Positions 37,626 to 51,031 of a stretch of DNA of 64,000 bases are shown one piece after another. Below the pieces are notes generated by a model. It was not told where the DNA came from and searched no databases. It worked only from the letters and a program-made list of their open reading frames with translations. This DNA is from Heteronotia binoei (Eukaryota): positions 229,524,001 through 229,588,000 of the forward strand of contig NC_083223.1 in assembly GCF_032191835.1 (NCBI RefSeq), written 5' to 3'. A program made the position numbers and the translations under genes. Each line of letters opens with the position of its first letter. Position 1 is the first letter of the stretch.

Positions 37626-39910
37626 TAAGAACATAAGAGAAGCCATGTTGGATCAGGCCAACGGCCCATCAAGTCCAACACTCTGTGTCACACAGTGGCA
37701 AAAAATTTTATATACACACATACACTGTGGCTAATAGCCACTGATGGACCTGTGCTCCATATTTTTATCTAAACCCCTCTTGAAGGTGGCTATACTTGTG
37801 GCCGCCACCACCTCCTGTGGCAGTGAATTCCACATGTTAATCACCCTTTGGGTGAAGAAGTACTTCCTTTTATCCGTTTTAACCTTTCTGCTCAGAAATT
37901 TCATCGAATGCCCACGAGTTCTTGTATTGTGAGAAAGGGAGAAAAAGTACTTCTTTCTCTACTTTCTCCATCCCATGCATTATCTTGTAAACCTCTATCA
38001 TGTCACCCCGCAGTCGACGTTTCTCCAAGCTAAAGAGTCCCAAGCGTTTCAACCTTTCTTCATAGGAAAAGTGCTCCAGCCCTTTAATCATTCTAGTTGC
38101 CCTTCTCTGGACTTTCTCCAATGCTATAATATCCTTTTTGAGGTGCGGCGACCAGAACTGCACACAGTACTCCAAATGAGACCGCACCATCGATTTATAC
38201 AGGGGCATTATGATACTGGCTGATTTGTTTTCAATTCCCTTCCTAATAATTCCCAGCATGGCGTTGGCCTTTTTTATTGCAGATGCACAGTGTCTTGACA
38301 TTTTCAGTGAGTTATCTACCACGACCCCAAGATCTCTCTCTTGGTCAGTCTCTGCCAGTTCACACCCCATCAACTTGTATTTGTAGCTGGGATTCTTGGC
38401 CCCAATGTGCATTACTTTGCACTTGGCCACACTGAACCGCATCTGCCACGTTGACGCCCACTCACCCAGCCTCAACAGATCCCTTTGGAGTTCCTCACAA
38501 TCCTCTCTGGTTCTCACCACCCTGAACAATTTAGTGTCATCCGCAAACTTGGCCACTTCACTGCTCACTCCCAACTCTAAATCATTTATGAACAAGTTAA
38601 AGAGCATGGGACCCAGTACTGAGCCCTGCGGCACCCCACTGCTTACCGTCCTCCACTGCGAAGACTGCCCATTTATACTGACTCTCTGCTTCCTATTACT
38701 AAGCCAGTTTTTGATCCACAAGAGGACCTGTCCTTTTACTCCATGACTCTCAAGTTTTCTAAGGAGCCTTTGATGAGGAACTTTATCAAAAGCTTTCTGG
38801 AAGTCAAGGTAAACAACATCTATCGGGTCGCCTTTGTCCACATGTTTGTTCACCCCCTCAAAGAAATGTAACAGGTTAGTGAGGCAAGATCTTCCCTTGC
38901 AGAACCCATGCTGAGTCTTCCTCAATAACCCGTGTTCATCAATGTGCCTACTCATTCTGTCCTTGATAATGGTTTCTACCAACTTTCCCGGTATTGAAGT
39001 CAGACTGACTGGCCTGTAATTTCCCGGATCTCCTCTGGAACCTTTTTTAAAGATGGGGGTGACATTTGCTACCTTCCAGTCCTCAGGAACGGAGGCAGAT
39101 TTCAATGAAAGATTAAAGATTTTTGTTAGAAGATCCACAAGTTCAACTTTGAGTTCTTTCAGAACTCTCGGATGTATGCCATCCGGACCCGGTGACTTAT
39201 TAGTTTTTAATTTGTCTATCAGTTGTAGGACCTCCTCTTTTGTCACCTCAATCTGACTCAGGTCTTTCAACACCCCTTCCAAAATTAGTGGTTCTGGGGT
39301 GGGCAAAAATTTCTCGTCTTCCACAGTGAAGACGGAGGCAAAAAATTCATTTAGCTTCTCAGCCATTTCCCTATCCTCCTTCAATAATCCTTTTACCCCA
39401 TGGTAATCCAAGGGCCCCACTGCCTCCCTGGCTGGTTTCCTACTTCTAATATATTTGAAGAAAGTTTTATTGTTGGTCTTTATGTTTTTTGCAATATGCT
39501 CCTCATAGTCCCTTTTTGCCTGCCTGACACAGTCTTGCATTTGATTTGCCACAGCCTGTGTTCCCTTTTACTAATCTCACTTGGACTGGTTTTCCACCGC
39601 TTAAAGGAGTCCTTCTTACCTTTTACAGCTTCCATTACTTTGTTTGTTAACCATGCAGGCCTTTTCTTATGCCTGTTCATGCCTTTCCTAACGTGTGGTA
39701 TGTATTTTATCTGAGCTTCTAGGATTATAGTTTTAAATAGCGTCCAAGCTTCCCCGAGGGTTTTGACCGTATGTACCTTTCCTTTCAGTTTCCTCCTCAC
39801 ATGCCTCCTCATCTCAGTGTATTTACCCCTTTTAAAGTTAAACGTGGTTGTGGCGGTCTTTTTGGACAACTCCCTATTTATACAAACGGTGAAATCAATA
39901 ACATTATTCA
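37626..39910 (-). mobile_element. Young 5'-truncated CR1 LINE (ORF2 RT region plus 3' UTR)
   Basis: 557-aa ORF 39552-37879 with [42 protein letters not shown]. 3' end ...TCTCTTATGTTCTTA. Frameshifts near 39500 and 37940. Confidence 0.97.
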
Positions 39911-42900
39911 GTGTTAATGCTCTCTGCAACATCTTTATTTTCTTCAAAATCCCTCATCTTCTCAGTACCACTTAAGTGTTTATATTTATATTAGAAGCAA
40001 GTCAGTCCTGTACCTCTTCTCTAATCAGATGCAAAAGCCTTCTGGATAATAACGTTCTCTACCAAATGTTCTCTACAATATTTATATTAGGAGCAAGCAT
40101 TAGGAGAACATTTGCACCTGGTTAGAGAAGAGGTACAGGACAGGACTGGCTTGCTCCTGAACTATACATAAGTGGCATTGAGAGCATTTTGCTGTCAATC
40201 AGGAATGGCTTGCTCCTAATAAAAACTGTAGAGAGCATTTAGCCAGCAAAATCCAGAAGGTTTATGCATCTGGTAAGAGAAGAGGTTCATGACTGGCTTC
40301 CTCCAAAAGTAATACATGAATCGAGAGCATATTGTCATCAAAAGGAATGGCTTGCTCCTAATATAAATGTTTAAATGTCTGTTCTTTGTTTCAGATCTCT
40401 GCCTGTATTCAAATTTCTGTAGCCCAAATCCCAGTGCACTGTTTATTGGATGCCCCATCCCATTGATTGTATTTGATTCACACCATGTAAATCATCTGGA
40501 GTCTTAGTCCAAAAAGGCAGACTATAAGTACTGTAGATTAAAAAAAAAATTAAAAAATCCTCTGCTCACCCCCAAAACAAAGACAGAAGACACCCTGAAT
40601 TCCTCTCCAGAGTTCCCTAAACTATCCTGCCTCATCTCTGGTTGTATGCTCTGTGGATGTAATGACAAGACATGGCCACTGAGTTCTGTTCTTAGCAAGA
40701 AGATGACTGGTGCTATAGAGAGAGTTATGAGTGGGAGAGATATAACAGTAATTAGAATTCTGCAAATGTAAGATAATACTCTTGCTACATGGTCAGTTCA
40801 TCACCCTATGACAAGGTCACTGGGATTAACTTGTGCATGTTGATTTGGACAACAGACATGATAGCTGCTTGTTTGTCTGACCCCATATGCATTTCCTTTT
40901 GCCTTAATTTTTTTGCCCTCTCCTGTTGAATAAGAATTTCGGGTAGTAACTTGAAGAGACCTTCGCTGCTGACCTTGGAAGAGGAAAAACATACATACAC
41001 ACACAGAGGTAAAAATTAATAAGGGGCCCCTTATAAAAAACAATGGGAACTAATCTAATGGAAAATTGGAATCATTTGCAGTTCAGTTTCAACCTGCGAA
41101 AGGAGGCGACATGTTCAGTAAATCATTTGAAAGCACAAAATTTCTGCTCACTCTCTTGTGTGATATGAGAGGTAAGTAAAATACTGTTTGCTCTTTCATT
41201 ATCACTGGAAATCATCATACCGATGAACAGAGCAGAACAAGCTTGCAAGGGTTTGCTGACAGCAATGCTGTGCCCCTCTCATTAGTTGTAAAACCCAATC
41301 ACGGGCTGGTAAATGTAAATATGACCTTACAATGCTTGTGTTTGTAAACTGTGCTGTAACATCACAATATACACATACACACAAAATATATGGCTTGTGG
41401 GGTAAATACTGAAAATTTTTCAAAAGACAAGCTGTTGAGTTGGTTGGTTTTTATGTTGCTAGAAGGTCTGAACAAAGTATAGTCAATGGTGGTGACAAAT
41501 AAAAATACTGTAAGTTGGGAGCTCCTATTATCTTTGTGGATGTTTCACATTTGGAACATTTTGCTGTGAAGAAAGCAACCTTTTCCTCCTCTGAGATGAT
41601 GCAGAACTTTGCAAGCAGCAGCTGTACAAAGCTACCCTACATCTGGAACTCTTAATTCTCCCCAACTATGAAAGGCACACAAGCCCCATTCTCTATTTGC
41701 ATCTTGGTATCTCAACTATCTTCAGTTTAGATAACCAGCCTAGCACAATCTTGACAGCACTCAGCAGCTGAGCGGGACTGGCCATGAAAGCTCTTGTCTT
41801 GAAAACCCCATGATGGGATTGCCATAAATCAGTTTTCCCTGAAATCTCACTTTATTTTATCTCAGCTATGTGAGTTTAGATGGAATGAAGAAGGCCCTTG
41901 TGAGGATTCTGAAAACCTCCAACTTTGCTGTTCCCTATCCTCTCTTCTTCTGCACAGGGAAATATAGGGTGAAAAGTGCAGAGCGCCAATTAGAAAGGTA
42001 ACACCTAGAGGCACCCTTGGGTTTGCCAGCACTTAATCTGCTTTAAATCAAGTACTTTTGTGGGGGAAGAAACAATGGGTAGTTTAACCCGCAGGGGGTG
42101 GTAGAGAGGGGGATTCCCCCCTCCAGCTTATGTTAATTTAAAATATATTTATTTAATTAGTTATTATTAAATTCAAATACTATCCTTCCCTATAAACAGG
42201 GAAATGCTAAACATGGTGTGAAACATTATTTTATTGTTGCGTATTTTATTATGTTTTTATTATATTATATATGTATTATATCAGTGTTATAGTGCAAGCC
42301 AAGTGGCACAGAAATATGGATGGAAATATTGGCCAATGAATAAGGAAGTTTGTTTCCATTTCCCTGAAACTTTGGATTTTTCTTTGAATCAGTTAGGCTA
42401 CCTGTCATCTCTACCTACTTGGGGGGAATCCTGAATTTAGCCAACAAAGAAAGGGATGTTTCATTTGGAAGAAGTTGTCCTGTGATGGGCCTGTGCTTAT
42501 GAAGAAGAAGAAGACTGCAGATTTATACCCCGCCCTTCTCTCTGAATCAGAATCTCAGGGGTTTGCAATCTCCAATTTTAACAACCATAACATAATAGTG
42601 TTCAAGCTTCCAAGCTCTGTAGAACTCTTACTCAGACTGGGTGTTTGAAAGGTAAGTGGGAAAATATGTTTCAAGCCATGCTCTTACAGTGCCTTGGCTT
42701 TCTCTTGGGTGGGATATGCTGCAGATTTGGTTAGATAAGGTGCTGCTGGGAGGAACTGAATCAAGTTGCACTTTTGCATTCTGGGAGGAACAAGGCAAGA
42801 ATAGGTGTTTTTATTTGGGGGGGGCAGAATAATCTGTACAAATCAGCAAGTAATCTCTACCATTTACACAGAGCACACTGGTCCTTTAAAAGGCAGGGAC

Positions 42901-43033
42901 ATGGGACACACATGGGAGGCACTGTATGAATAAAACTGAAAATTAATTTAGATCATGCATTAGGTAAAGAGTCAAGGGAAGGTAGACTGAGCAACATTAC
43001 CAGGTGGGAATGGAATAAGAAATCCCTCCCTCT

Positions 43034-43769
43034 TAGGCTTCCCAACCCTCCCGCCCTGGCGGGGGACCCCAGGATTTCCACCCTCTTCCCCCGCTTCCCC
43101 AAAAAATGGAAGAGGGGGGAGGGGGGAAACGGCGCCGAGCTGCCGGATCCTGGAGCCGGCGAGGCCGCTGCGCCGCTGCCGCCCCCTCCCCGCCCACCGC
43201 AGTTTCTCCTCCGAGATGGGCCCAGGCTGAGCCCATCTCAGAGGAGCAGCCAAGAGGCGGCAGCAGCGCAGGGGAGGGCGAGGCAGGCCAGGAGCATGGC
43301 GAGCCGCGAATCCGGGCCCTTCTAGAACCCGGACTTGCGGCTCGCCACGCTCCCGGCCCGCTTCCCCCCCCCTCCGCTTCCGTCCCAGAGACGGAGCGGG
43401 CGAGGCGCCTGCGGCACGGCAGCCTCTTCTCCGCTCACCGTGGCTGCTCCTCCGAGATGGGTTCAGCCTGAGCCCATCTCGGAGGAGCAGCCACGGCGAG
43501 CGGAGAAGAGGCCGCCGCGCCGCTGCCACCTCTACTCTGCTCGCCGTGGCTGCTCCTCCAAGATGGGCTCAGGCTGAGCCCATCTCAGAGGAGCAGCCAC
43601 GGCGAGCGGAGCAGAGACTGCAGCTGCGGGGCGGCTCGCCACGCTCCCCGGCGCCGTTTCCCCCCTCCCCCCTAGCTCCACCCCAGTGTCTCCTGGCTCC
43701 ACCCCCAAAGTCTCCTGGCTCCACCCCCAAAGTCCCCAGATATTTCTGGGGTTGGATTTGGCAACCCTA
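43034..43769. mobile_element. Young CpG-rich non-autonomous hAT element with three internal hairpins
   Basis: TIR TAGGCTTCCCAA/TTGGCAACCCTA; perfect 8-bp TSD CTCCCTCT (43026-43033, 43770-43777). Confidence 0.88.
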
Positions 43770-44085
43770 CTCCCTCTCAATTTTCATATCCCCACAGACA
43801 CAGACAGTTGTTGATCTTTATCCAGGGCCTTTTTTGTAGAAAAAGCCCAGAAGGAACTCATTTGTATATTAGACCACACTTCACACCAAGCCAGTCAGAA
43901 CTGTGTTCCTGTGCATTCCTGCTCCAAAAAAGCCCTGAGTATATTCCCTACCTCCCCAGTAAAGTGGTCCAAGAACAGAAGGTGGACAGATTCATGTGTA
44001 TGTAGGACATTATTTTAAAAGTAGATTTTTTCCCCTTTATGATCTTTTTTTTTTTTTAGGGATTCACATAATGAGTAGTAATATC

Positions 44086-44351
44086 AAGGTAAAAGTAATC
44101 CCCTGCGCAAGCACCAGTTGTTTCTGAGTCTGGGGTGATGTCGCATCACAACGTTTTCATGGCAGACTTTTTTGCAGGGTATTGGCCATCTATACTTTAC
44201 CCCCAGCAAACTGGGCACACATTTTACCGACTGTGGAAGGATGGAAGACTGAGTCAACCTTGAGCCAGCTACCTGAACCCAGCTTCCGTCGGGATTGAAC
44301 TCAGGTCATGAGCAGAGCTTGGACAGCTTATCACTCTGTGCCATGGGGCTC
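44086..44351 (-). mobile_element. Sauria SINE
   Basis: ACCTTT-type tail, core GGAAGGATGGAAG.CTGAGTCAACC, and a tRNA-like head at the right end. Confidence 0.82.
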
Positions 44352-45205
44352 TTCGATTAGTAATATACCTTTAGTTTAATTGTATTAGCTACCGAATGGG
44401 CCTATTTCAGGCCAAAAAGCAGGACAGAAATAAAGATCAACAAACTGTCTGTGTCTGTGGGGATAAACAGGTCAGAAAGGGGGATCGGGCAGTGCTGTTT
44501 GCCCACTACTTTCTGTCACATTGTTTCTGCATCCACTATGATCAAATAAAACCCTGCCCAAAGGCAATTAACTCCTAATGCTGTGCAGAACAGCATGGTG
44601 TGTTTAGTCCCCAAATGTGTTTCCCATGTGCCCAGTTGCAGACTACAACTGCCACAAGTATTCACAATTCCATTATCTGGTTTATTGTACCAATGCGCTT
44701 TTGCCAATGGTTGCATTTGAAACCTCAAGGTTAGAACCCCTGTGGAAAAGAAAGCAACTTTGCATGGAAGGGTGGTTATTATTATGAAATTTAGAATATG
44801 AAGGGAACAAAGGAATGAGGCTTGATATTTCAGCCTAGTTTAACCACAGTTAGAGGTTTTCTTTTTTCCTCATCTCCGAGACTGCACCACGAATTATGTT
44901 TTGTGACATAATGGTGCCCTCTAGTGCTTTTATTAAGTATGGTAGCTTTCAGGTACACCGTTTGTAAAAGAAAGAATCAGGTGTATAAAGCTCTATTGAA
45001 TCATAATGTAACAAGGTGAGCAAGCAGCCCTTCAAGCTGTACAGAACTGTTCTCCCATAAGTCATCACCCGCGCTACAAAGCTCAAAACCTGGCAGTTTC
45101 AGCCCACAGGTGTTCTATAAAGACAGGAGGCTTCAGATTCTGACACTGGGAGCCTGGCCAAGTCATGAGAACAGCTGCCCAAGATGTAAAAAGAAAGGTT
45201 AAAAC

Positions 45206-45672
45206 GCTATCATGTCACCCCGCAGTCGATGTTTCTCCAAGCTAAATAGCTTGGAGAAACATCGACTGCGGGGTGACATGATAGCAGTTTACAAGATTAT
45301 GCATGGGATGGAGAAAGTAGAGAAAGAAGTCCTTTTCTCCCTTTCTCACAATACAAGAACTCTTGGGCATTCAATGAAATTGCTGAGCAGTCGGGTTAAA
45401 ACAGATAAAAGGAAGTACTTCTTCACCCAAAGGGTGATTAACATGTGGAATTCACTGCCACAGGAGGTGGTAGCAGCTATAAGCATAGCCAGCTTCAAGA
45501 GGGGATTGGATAAAAATATGGAGCTGAGGTCCATCAGTGGCTATTAGCCACAGTATATACCGGAACTGTCTGGGGCAGTGATGCTCTGTATTCTTGGTGG
45601 TTTGGGGGGGGGGGCAAAGTGGAAGGGCTTCTAGACCCACTTGTGAACCTCCTGATGGCACTTGGGTTTTTT
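45206..45672 (+). mobile_element. CR1 3' fragment (same family as 37626) with a fold-back inverted duplication at its 5' end
   Basis: LEKHRLRGDMIAVYKIMHGMEKVEKEVLF...; perfect 39-bp inverted repeat 45206-45244 / 45247-45285. Confidence 0.9.
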
Positions 45673-45763
45673 TGCATGCACACAAAGCATGCATGCAAAA
45701 ACTTTTCGGGGGGGGGGCGCACATTGGGGTTCTGCCTCTGGCACCAGAACCCCACGATATACC

Positions 45764-45904
45764 TGATCCCCTCGTCTGGTGAAGTGTGCTTAGAGAGCAC
45801 ATGAAAGCTTACGTTCTGAATAAAACTTGGTTGATCTTAAGGGTGCCACTTGATTCCTGCTTTGTTCAACTGCTTCAGACCAACACGGCTGCCCGCTTGG
45901 ATCT
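45764..45904 (+). mobile_element. Solo Penelope pseudo-LTR (same family as 52627-52768) with a mutated hammerhead core
   Basis: CTGGTGAAGTGTGCTTAGAGAGCACATGAAAGCTTAC...; the core reads CTGGTGA instead of CTGATGA. Confidence 0.75.
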
Positions 45905-48900
45905 ATTCTTTAACAATCTGTGTTTACTGTATACTGTATCCAGCACTGGGCCATATCATTTTGAATCAGAACTGCCCAAACTGTCTTGGAAAATTCCTTG
46001 AGACTTGAGGTCAGAGCCTGGGGAGGGCGGTATTTGGAAAGTGGAAGAAGCTCAGCAGGGATGTGAAGCTGCCATTTCCTTCATGGGAACTGATCTCTGT
46101 AGTCTGCAGATCAGCTGGAATTCCAGGAGCACCCCAGGTTCCACTGGAAGCTGGAAACCCTAGTCTGAATCTGCCGTCTCTTGAGTAAAACATACAATGT
46201 ATTCAGAGTGGCTTTACAAAGAGTAGGGGATATTGTGACCACTGGTTGCCAGAGTTCTCCATTTCTCTTGTCTAGAAAGTTGTTTTCCCCCACATGTGAA
46301 GAAGGATTTTCTTATTCTAACCACCCATCCCTCCTAGGGTTGCCAGGTCCCTTCCTTGGTCCAGTTGTGAGATTTGGGGGCATACCAGTGGTGGACAGGA
46401 TGTCACGTGCAACATCCCCAACAGGGAAGTGAGATTATCACATTGGTGACATTGCACACAATGCTCTGTTTTTAGGGCAAAACTGCTTTTTGCCTTCAAA
46501 ACATTAGAGTTTACAAAAAAAACCCCCAGAGTGTTGCCATGCAATGTTCCTGTTTGAGGGTGGGTCAAAGCCTCCAATAGCAAGGGAACCCCTGCTGAGA
46601 CCTGGGGGCTGGCAACCCTAAGTCCCTCCTTCTATATATTGAGGGGGAGCTGTCACTCAGTAGTAAAGCACCTGCTTTGCATGGGGAAGGTGCCAGATTC
46701 ATTCCTTGTCACCTTCAGTTAAAAGGATCAGGTGATATAAATCATCTTTACCCAATTCTACAGAAAGCCACTGCTGGTCAGAACACAGAGTACTGACCTT
46801 GATAGACTGATTGTCTGATTACAGCTTGTCTGTGTATATGTGTACGGTAAACCCTCAGGTATTATTAATCCTTTCCTTTGAACCATTTAATTAGCAAACT
46901 ATTTCCATAATAATTCAAGTCTAATCAGATTTCCTAGAGACCTACCAATAACCTTGCAAAGACTCAAATGAATCTCCAATGGCAAATTTTGATACACTAA
47001 GTGTCATTTTATCATTTTATTTACTAAAAAGGGCCTCAACCTAAACAAGTAATGATGGGCAAACGTCTCTCAGCCCAGCTTGGAATTCTGTCTATTTATA
47101 CAAACATAACTGAAGAATACATTGAGGGGGGGGGGTGAATCTCTGGAACCTTCAAGATCACCCTTTGCTCTTTCTCTAAGCCACACTTTTTGGACTAAAA
47201 TTGCTTTTGAGCACCACCATTTTGCATTCTGATCACTTGGCGTGAAGTGATGTTCAATTTGTAGTATAGTCAAGGATTGCAACTATGCAAATTTGTGTTC
47301 TACATGAGGTAATTATAAATGTTTGCAGCATCAATGCTGTGAACCATAGCATTAAATGAAAGAAGAAGACAGGGCACAGTAACTTAATCCAACACAAGGT
47401 CCAAGGAGTCTCCAATCAGTCAGAATACAGTAACCCTACATTTCAGATATGGATGAGCCACTGGCATCCTGTTCTGTCACAAGCATTTTCAATAATGTTA
47501 ACTTTTAGATTCTCTCTCAAAATGCCATTGTCCATAATCAGCCAGGGTGTACAGAACACAACCGAACCCAGCTTGAAGTGATAGCAATGAATGTTTTCTG
47601 ACATTAAAGCCAATGACACTGAAGTACTATTTTTAGAGTTAGGTATTTGATCACAATGGCAATTTATGGTGGCACAAACCTGAAAAACTTCTTACAAATG
47701 TGAAATAATTGTCAACTTCAGTTTCTTATAATTAGCTCAGAAACTGGAAGCAAAACTAGAAATCATGGAATATTAATGGCCTATTCAGATAACCTAGTTT
47801 TTTGCCAACCGATGGCAGGATCAGAAAACATACCATTTGAGATATTAATATAAGTTTTCTAAAGTGTTATGTGAAATCTGGATGAAATGTTCAGGGTGAG
47901 ACTGAGTACCATTCCTACTTGAAGGGTGTTGCTGGCTCATGATGAAAACAATTTAGTGTACTGATTAATGATTAGAATGTTATATTTGTATTCATAATAT
48001 ATACTAGCACAACACATACCTCTGGAACATGGATATAGGATGGATTTCATATCTGAATATGCCAAAGGCACAGATTTCTGTCCCTCCTGTTATTGTTCTG
48101 TGGGGTTTTACTATGATCTATATAGAGTACAAAACATGGAAATATGCCTACAAAGCCAGCAAAGGTATATGGGGACATCAAAATGGTTGTTCCTTGTCAA
48201 GTGGATGAAGGACTTTTTACTGCAAGAGAAGATGCTGTTATCTGCAAAACATCTTTATGGGAAATTTATCTTCCTCACACTGTAAAGTCTTTTGAGTAGA
48301 GTCTGCAACAGGGGAACACATGTCCTGCTCCCTCCCTTAAGGGTTCCCCAGGTTAAAAAATGTTCAAAAAAGGGAATATGCTTCTTACATCTACCTTCCC
48401 CATGAATAAATAAATAAACACAAGATCTACCTCCTTTCTCTCAGAGACATGAAGAGCAGACAAAGCAGTATCAAGAGTCTTCCATATTGCAGCTCCTTTT
48501 GTTCTCCAGCTGTGGTGAAATCCCTTTAAACCACCTTTTTAAAAACCTTTAAATACTGCAGCATATTTGAGGCAATTATCTATCTGAAAGAATATGCTAT
48601 GTTCACTGTAGAAAGGGATATTCATAAATGTTTATGGCAACTCTGTGTCTGAATCTCAAGCAAAGAGAAAACAGAGACCAGGAGTAGTTGAAGTAGAGCC
48701 TAACCATGAGTTTGTGTGACAGTGTCTTCTCACTGCCTGCCTGAAGCAATGAAAGCCAATCCAGTCCAAATCAAGCTTTTTATCTCAGATCAATATTGTG
48801 CAGAAAGACCTGAATTCAGAATGAATAGCCACAATGAATCAACTTGCTTTTAATTTTGCCTCTCGATATCTATGGCACTTTGGTGAACCCTGCACAGTTT

Positions 48901-49012
48901 GCAAGCTTGCAAATATTGTTCAGATGGAGACAACCAATAAATATGGTGTTATGTTCTTCACCAGTATGAAGGGTCTAGTAGAATTGTTTTTGTGCATAGT
49001 GCTGTCACCTAC

Positions 49013-49203
49013 TTTTCAGATCCAGGTTTCTTGCTCCTGCTGTGCTCTGTGTTGTGATTTTTGTGTCAATCTTCACCGTATGAAGATTATTGGTATCCCG
49101 CGATATCATCACATTGTGCCACTGGTTGTCATTCAGAGGCTTATTGGAACTTCCTTTGATCAGGTTGGCACCATTGCCCAGATCAAACACATAGTGTAAA
49201 TAC
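49013..49203 (-). CDS. NRXN1: Neurexin-1-alpha internal coding exon (191 nt; LNS5)
   Basis: (G)[63 protein letters not shown](S). Acceptor TTTAG|G, donor AAAA|GTAGGT. Split codon A+GT gives Ser with the next exon. Confidence 0.97.
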
Positions 49204-50649
49204 CTAAAAACAAAGAGTAAAAATAGGCAAGCTTAATATATTGAACAAGAAGCTGGATGAAACAGTCACTTTTTCATTTCTTTTCTTTTCTTTTACTTTA
49301 TTTAGAGACAAACTAGATGTGGTAGTATGTATTTGCATCTGTCGTTCCTATATAAAGCAGGGGTGATTAGTTTTTCTCACCCATGTGCTTTCCCAAGCAA
49401 AAAAACAATGACGTGTCAAAGTATGTGAGGGAAACTGAATCTTTTTCCTTCTCCTCTTTGTGTTGTGAGGAAAATAGAGCCTGTTTCCTTTACATCTTTG
49501 CTGGTCTCCATTGCTTTAAATGTAATTTTCCAGCATCTAATTTCTGATAGGGAGGCTGGAATGATAGGGAGGCTGGAATGCAGCAAGGTGACCTGATGGA
49601 AGGGTTCATGTCCCTTCACCAGATTGCTTTTCATAAAGAAATACTAGACAGGTTGCCACTCCACTAACTCCTAGTTTATACATATATCAGAAGGATTCAA
49701 ATTTAGTTTTCCCTTAGACCAGCTGAATATTCAGAAAATCTTCACTTACTGCATTGTTAACCGATACTTTCACTTGTATCTTCTACAACAAGCAGTTCCT
49801 ATGACAGTGACCCAAACATATATGGGATCCATATTCCAAAACAGATAGAACTTCTATCGCTTTAGGACATACCCACCCTACAGATTTATGTCGGTTAACT
49901 GCCATAGGTTAGGTTAAATTCCTCAAAGAAACCTGCAGAAATAAATAATAATAGCTTCTTAAAGGTGCTATGAATTCTATCTTCAAAGGTCCTAAGCTTC
50001 CCTGAGGAGACGAATCAGGGGCAAGGGCTCCTAAACAAATTTGCACTGTGGATTATGCCCTACTACTTTCATTACATACACTTTTTTCTCCATTAATCCA
50101 TAACTGGGATGGAAGAAGATGCACTTGGGAGACTTTTAAAGACTTTTTCAAGAAAGGGTTCAGCTCCAACACAAAAAATTACTTCAAATAGCGGATTCCA
50201 AAGACAGCACTAATTTCCTAATTCAAATTTCAATGTTCTATTTAAAAATAGTGATTTTCCATCCAGAGAAAGGGAATATTGTATTCATTTTTTGCTTTTA
50301 ATTGCTGAGATACCTAATCTTAACAAACCTTTAATATACTCTAATTTCTGTGCAAGGTCAACTGAGACCTGATAGATGGCCATTGCCTGGAATTTTTGGA
50401 AGGGAAAATCAACTTCCCTTCCCTCATTGCCTCAAAAGACATTCTGATTTTTAAGTTTGCTCTAATATACCTCCCTTGTTGTTAAGCTAGGATCTCAGTA
50501 CATCAATCATGTCTAAAGTACCCTTACCTGTTGGATTACAATAACCAGAGAAAGTGAGATGTCTCTGCCTCAGCTCATGCAGTTTACTTCATTTCCACAG
50601 ACTTCAAACCCAACTCTCTGCTTTGATTGTACTTGAACTGTATACATAC

Positions 50650-51031
50650 CCTTTCACTAACTCAACCACGATAAAGTCGTTCCCATCCCCACTGTTGTAG
50701 AGTATTAACCCATCAAATGATGTTGTTTTGAACTGGAAAAACAGGTGCATAGAGGTGTAGGCTTGCAATGTGGCAAGAGCGACGTAGCTGGCTTTCGTCT
50801 TAAAGGTGACTGGATCAGCTATGATGTTCCTGAAGCCAAACCGGGCATTTAGTTCACAGTAATCAATGTCCCCATTTTTACACAAGTCAATGTATGCCAT
50901 GCCATTAAAGGTGAGGCTTTGCAGATGGCCAATGAAGTTGGAAGGGACTGAGGACAAATAACGGCGTTCTGTTATGATTCCCGTCTCTATATTATGAAAT
51001 TCCAGTCTTGTGTGATCCCCAGCCATTTGAC
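50650..51031 (-). CDS. NRXN1: Neurexin-1-alpha internal coding exon (382 nt; LNS4/LNS5 junction)
   Basis: (G)[77 protein letters not shown]...[10 protein letters not shown](G). Acceptor TAAG|GT, donor AAGG|GTATGT. Confidence 0.97.

Noticed and set aside
39985-40450. Recurring motif GGCTTGCTCCTAATATAAA in both orientations, superficially like an array
   Set aside because: Irregular spacing, degenerate copies and inverted arrangement fit a decayed MITE; a CRISPR array is not plausible in this context.
43034-43769. CpG island and 121-185 aa ORFs as the NRXN1-beta promoter or first exon
   Set aside because: The block is bounded by TIRs and a perfect 8-bp TSD, and the ORFs are by-products of GC-rich palindromes. 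The beta promoter is expected downstream of the EGF3 exon, outside this window.
49546-49580. Short tandem duplication (GATAGGGAGGCTGGAAT)2; similar 15-bp duplication near 29661-29691
   Set aside because: Ordinary slippage duplications with no further structure.
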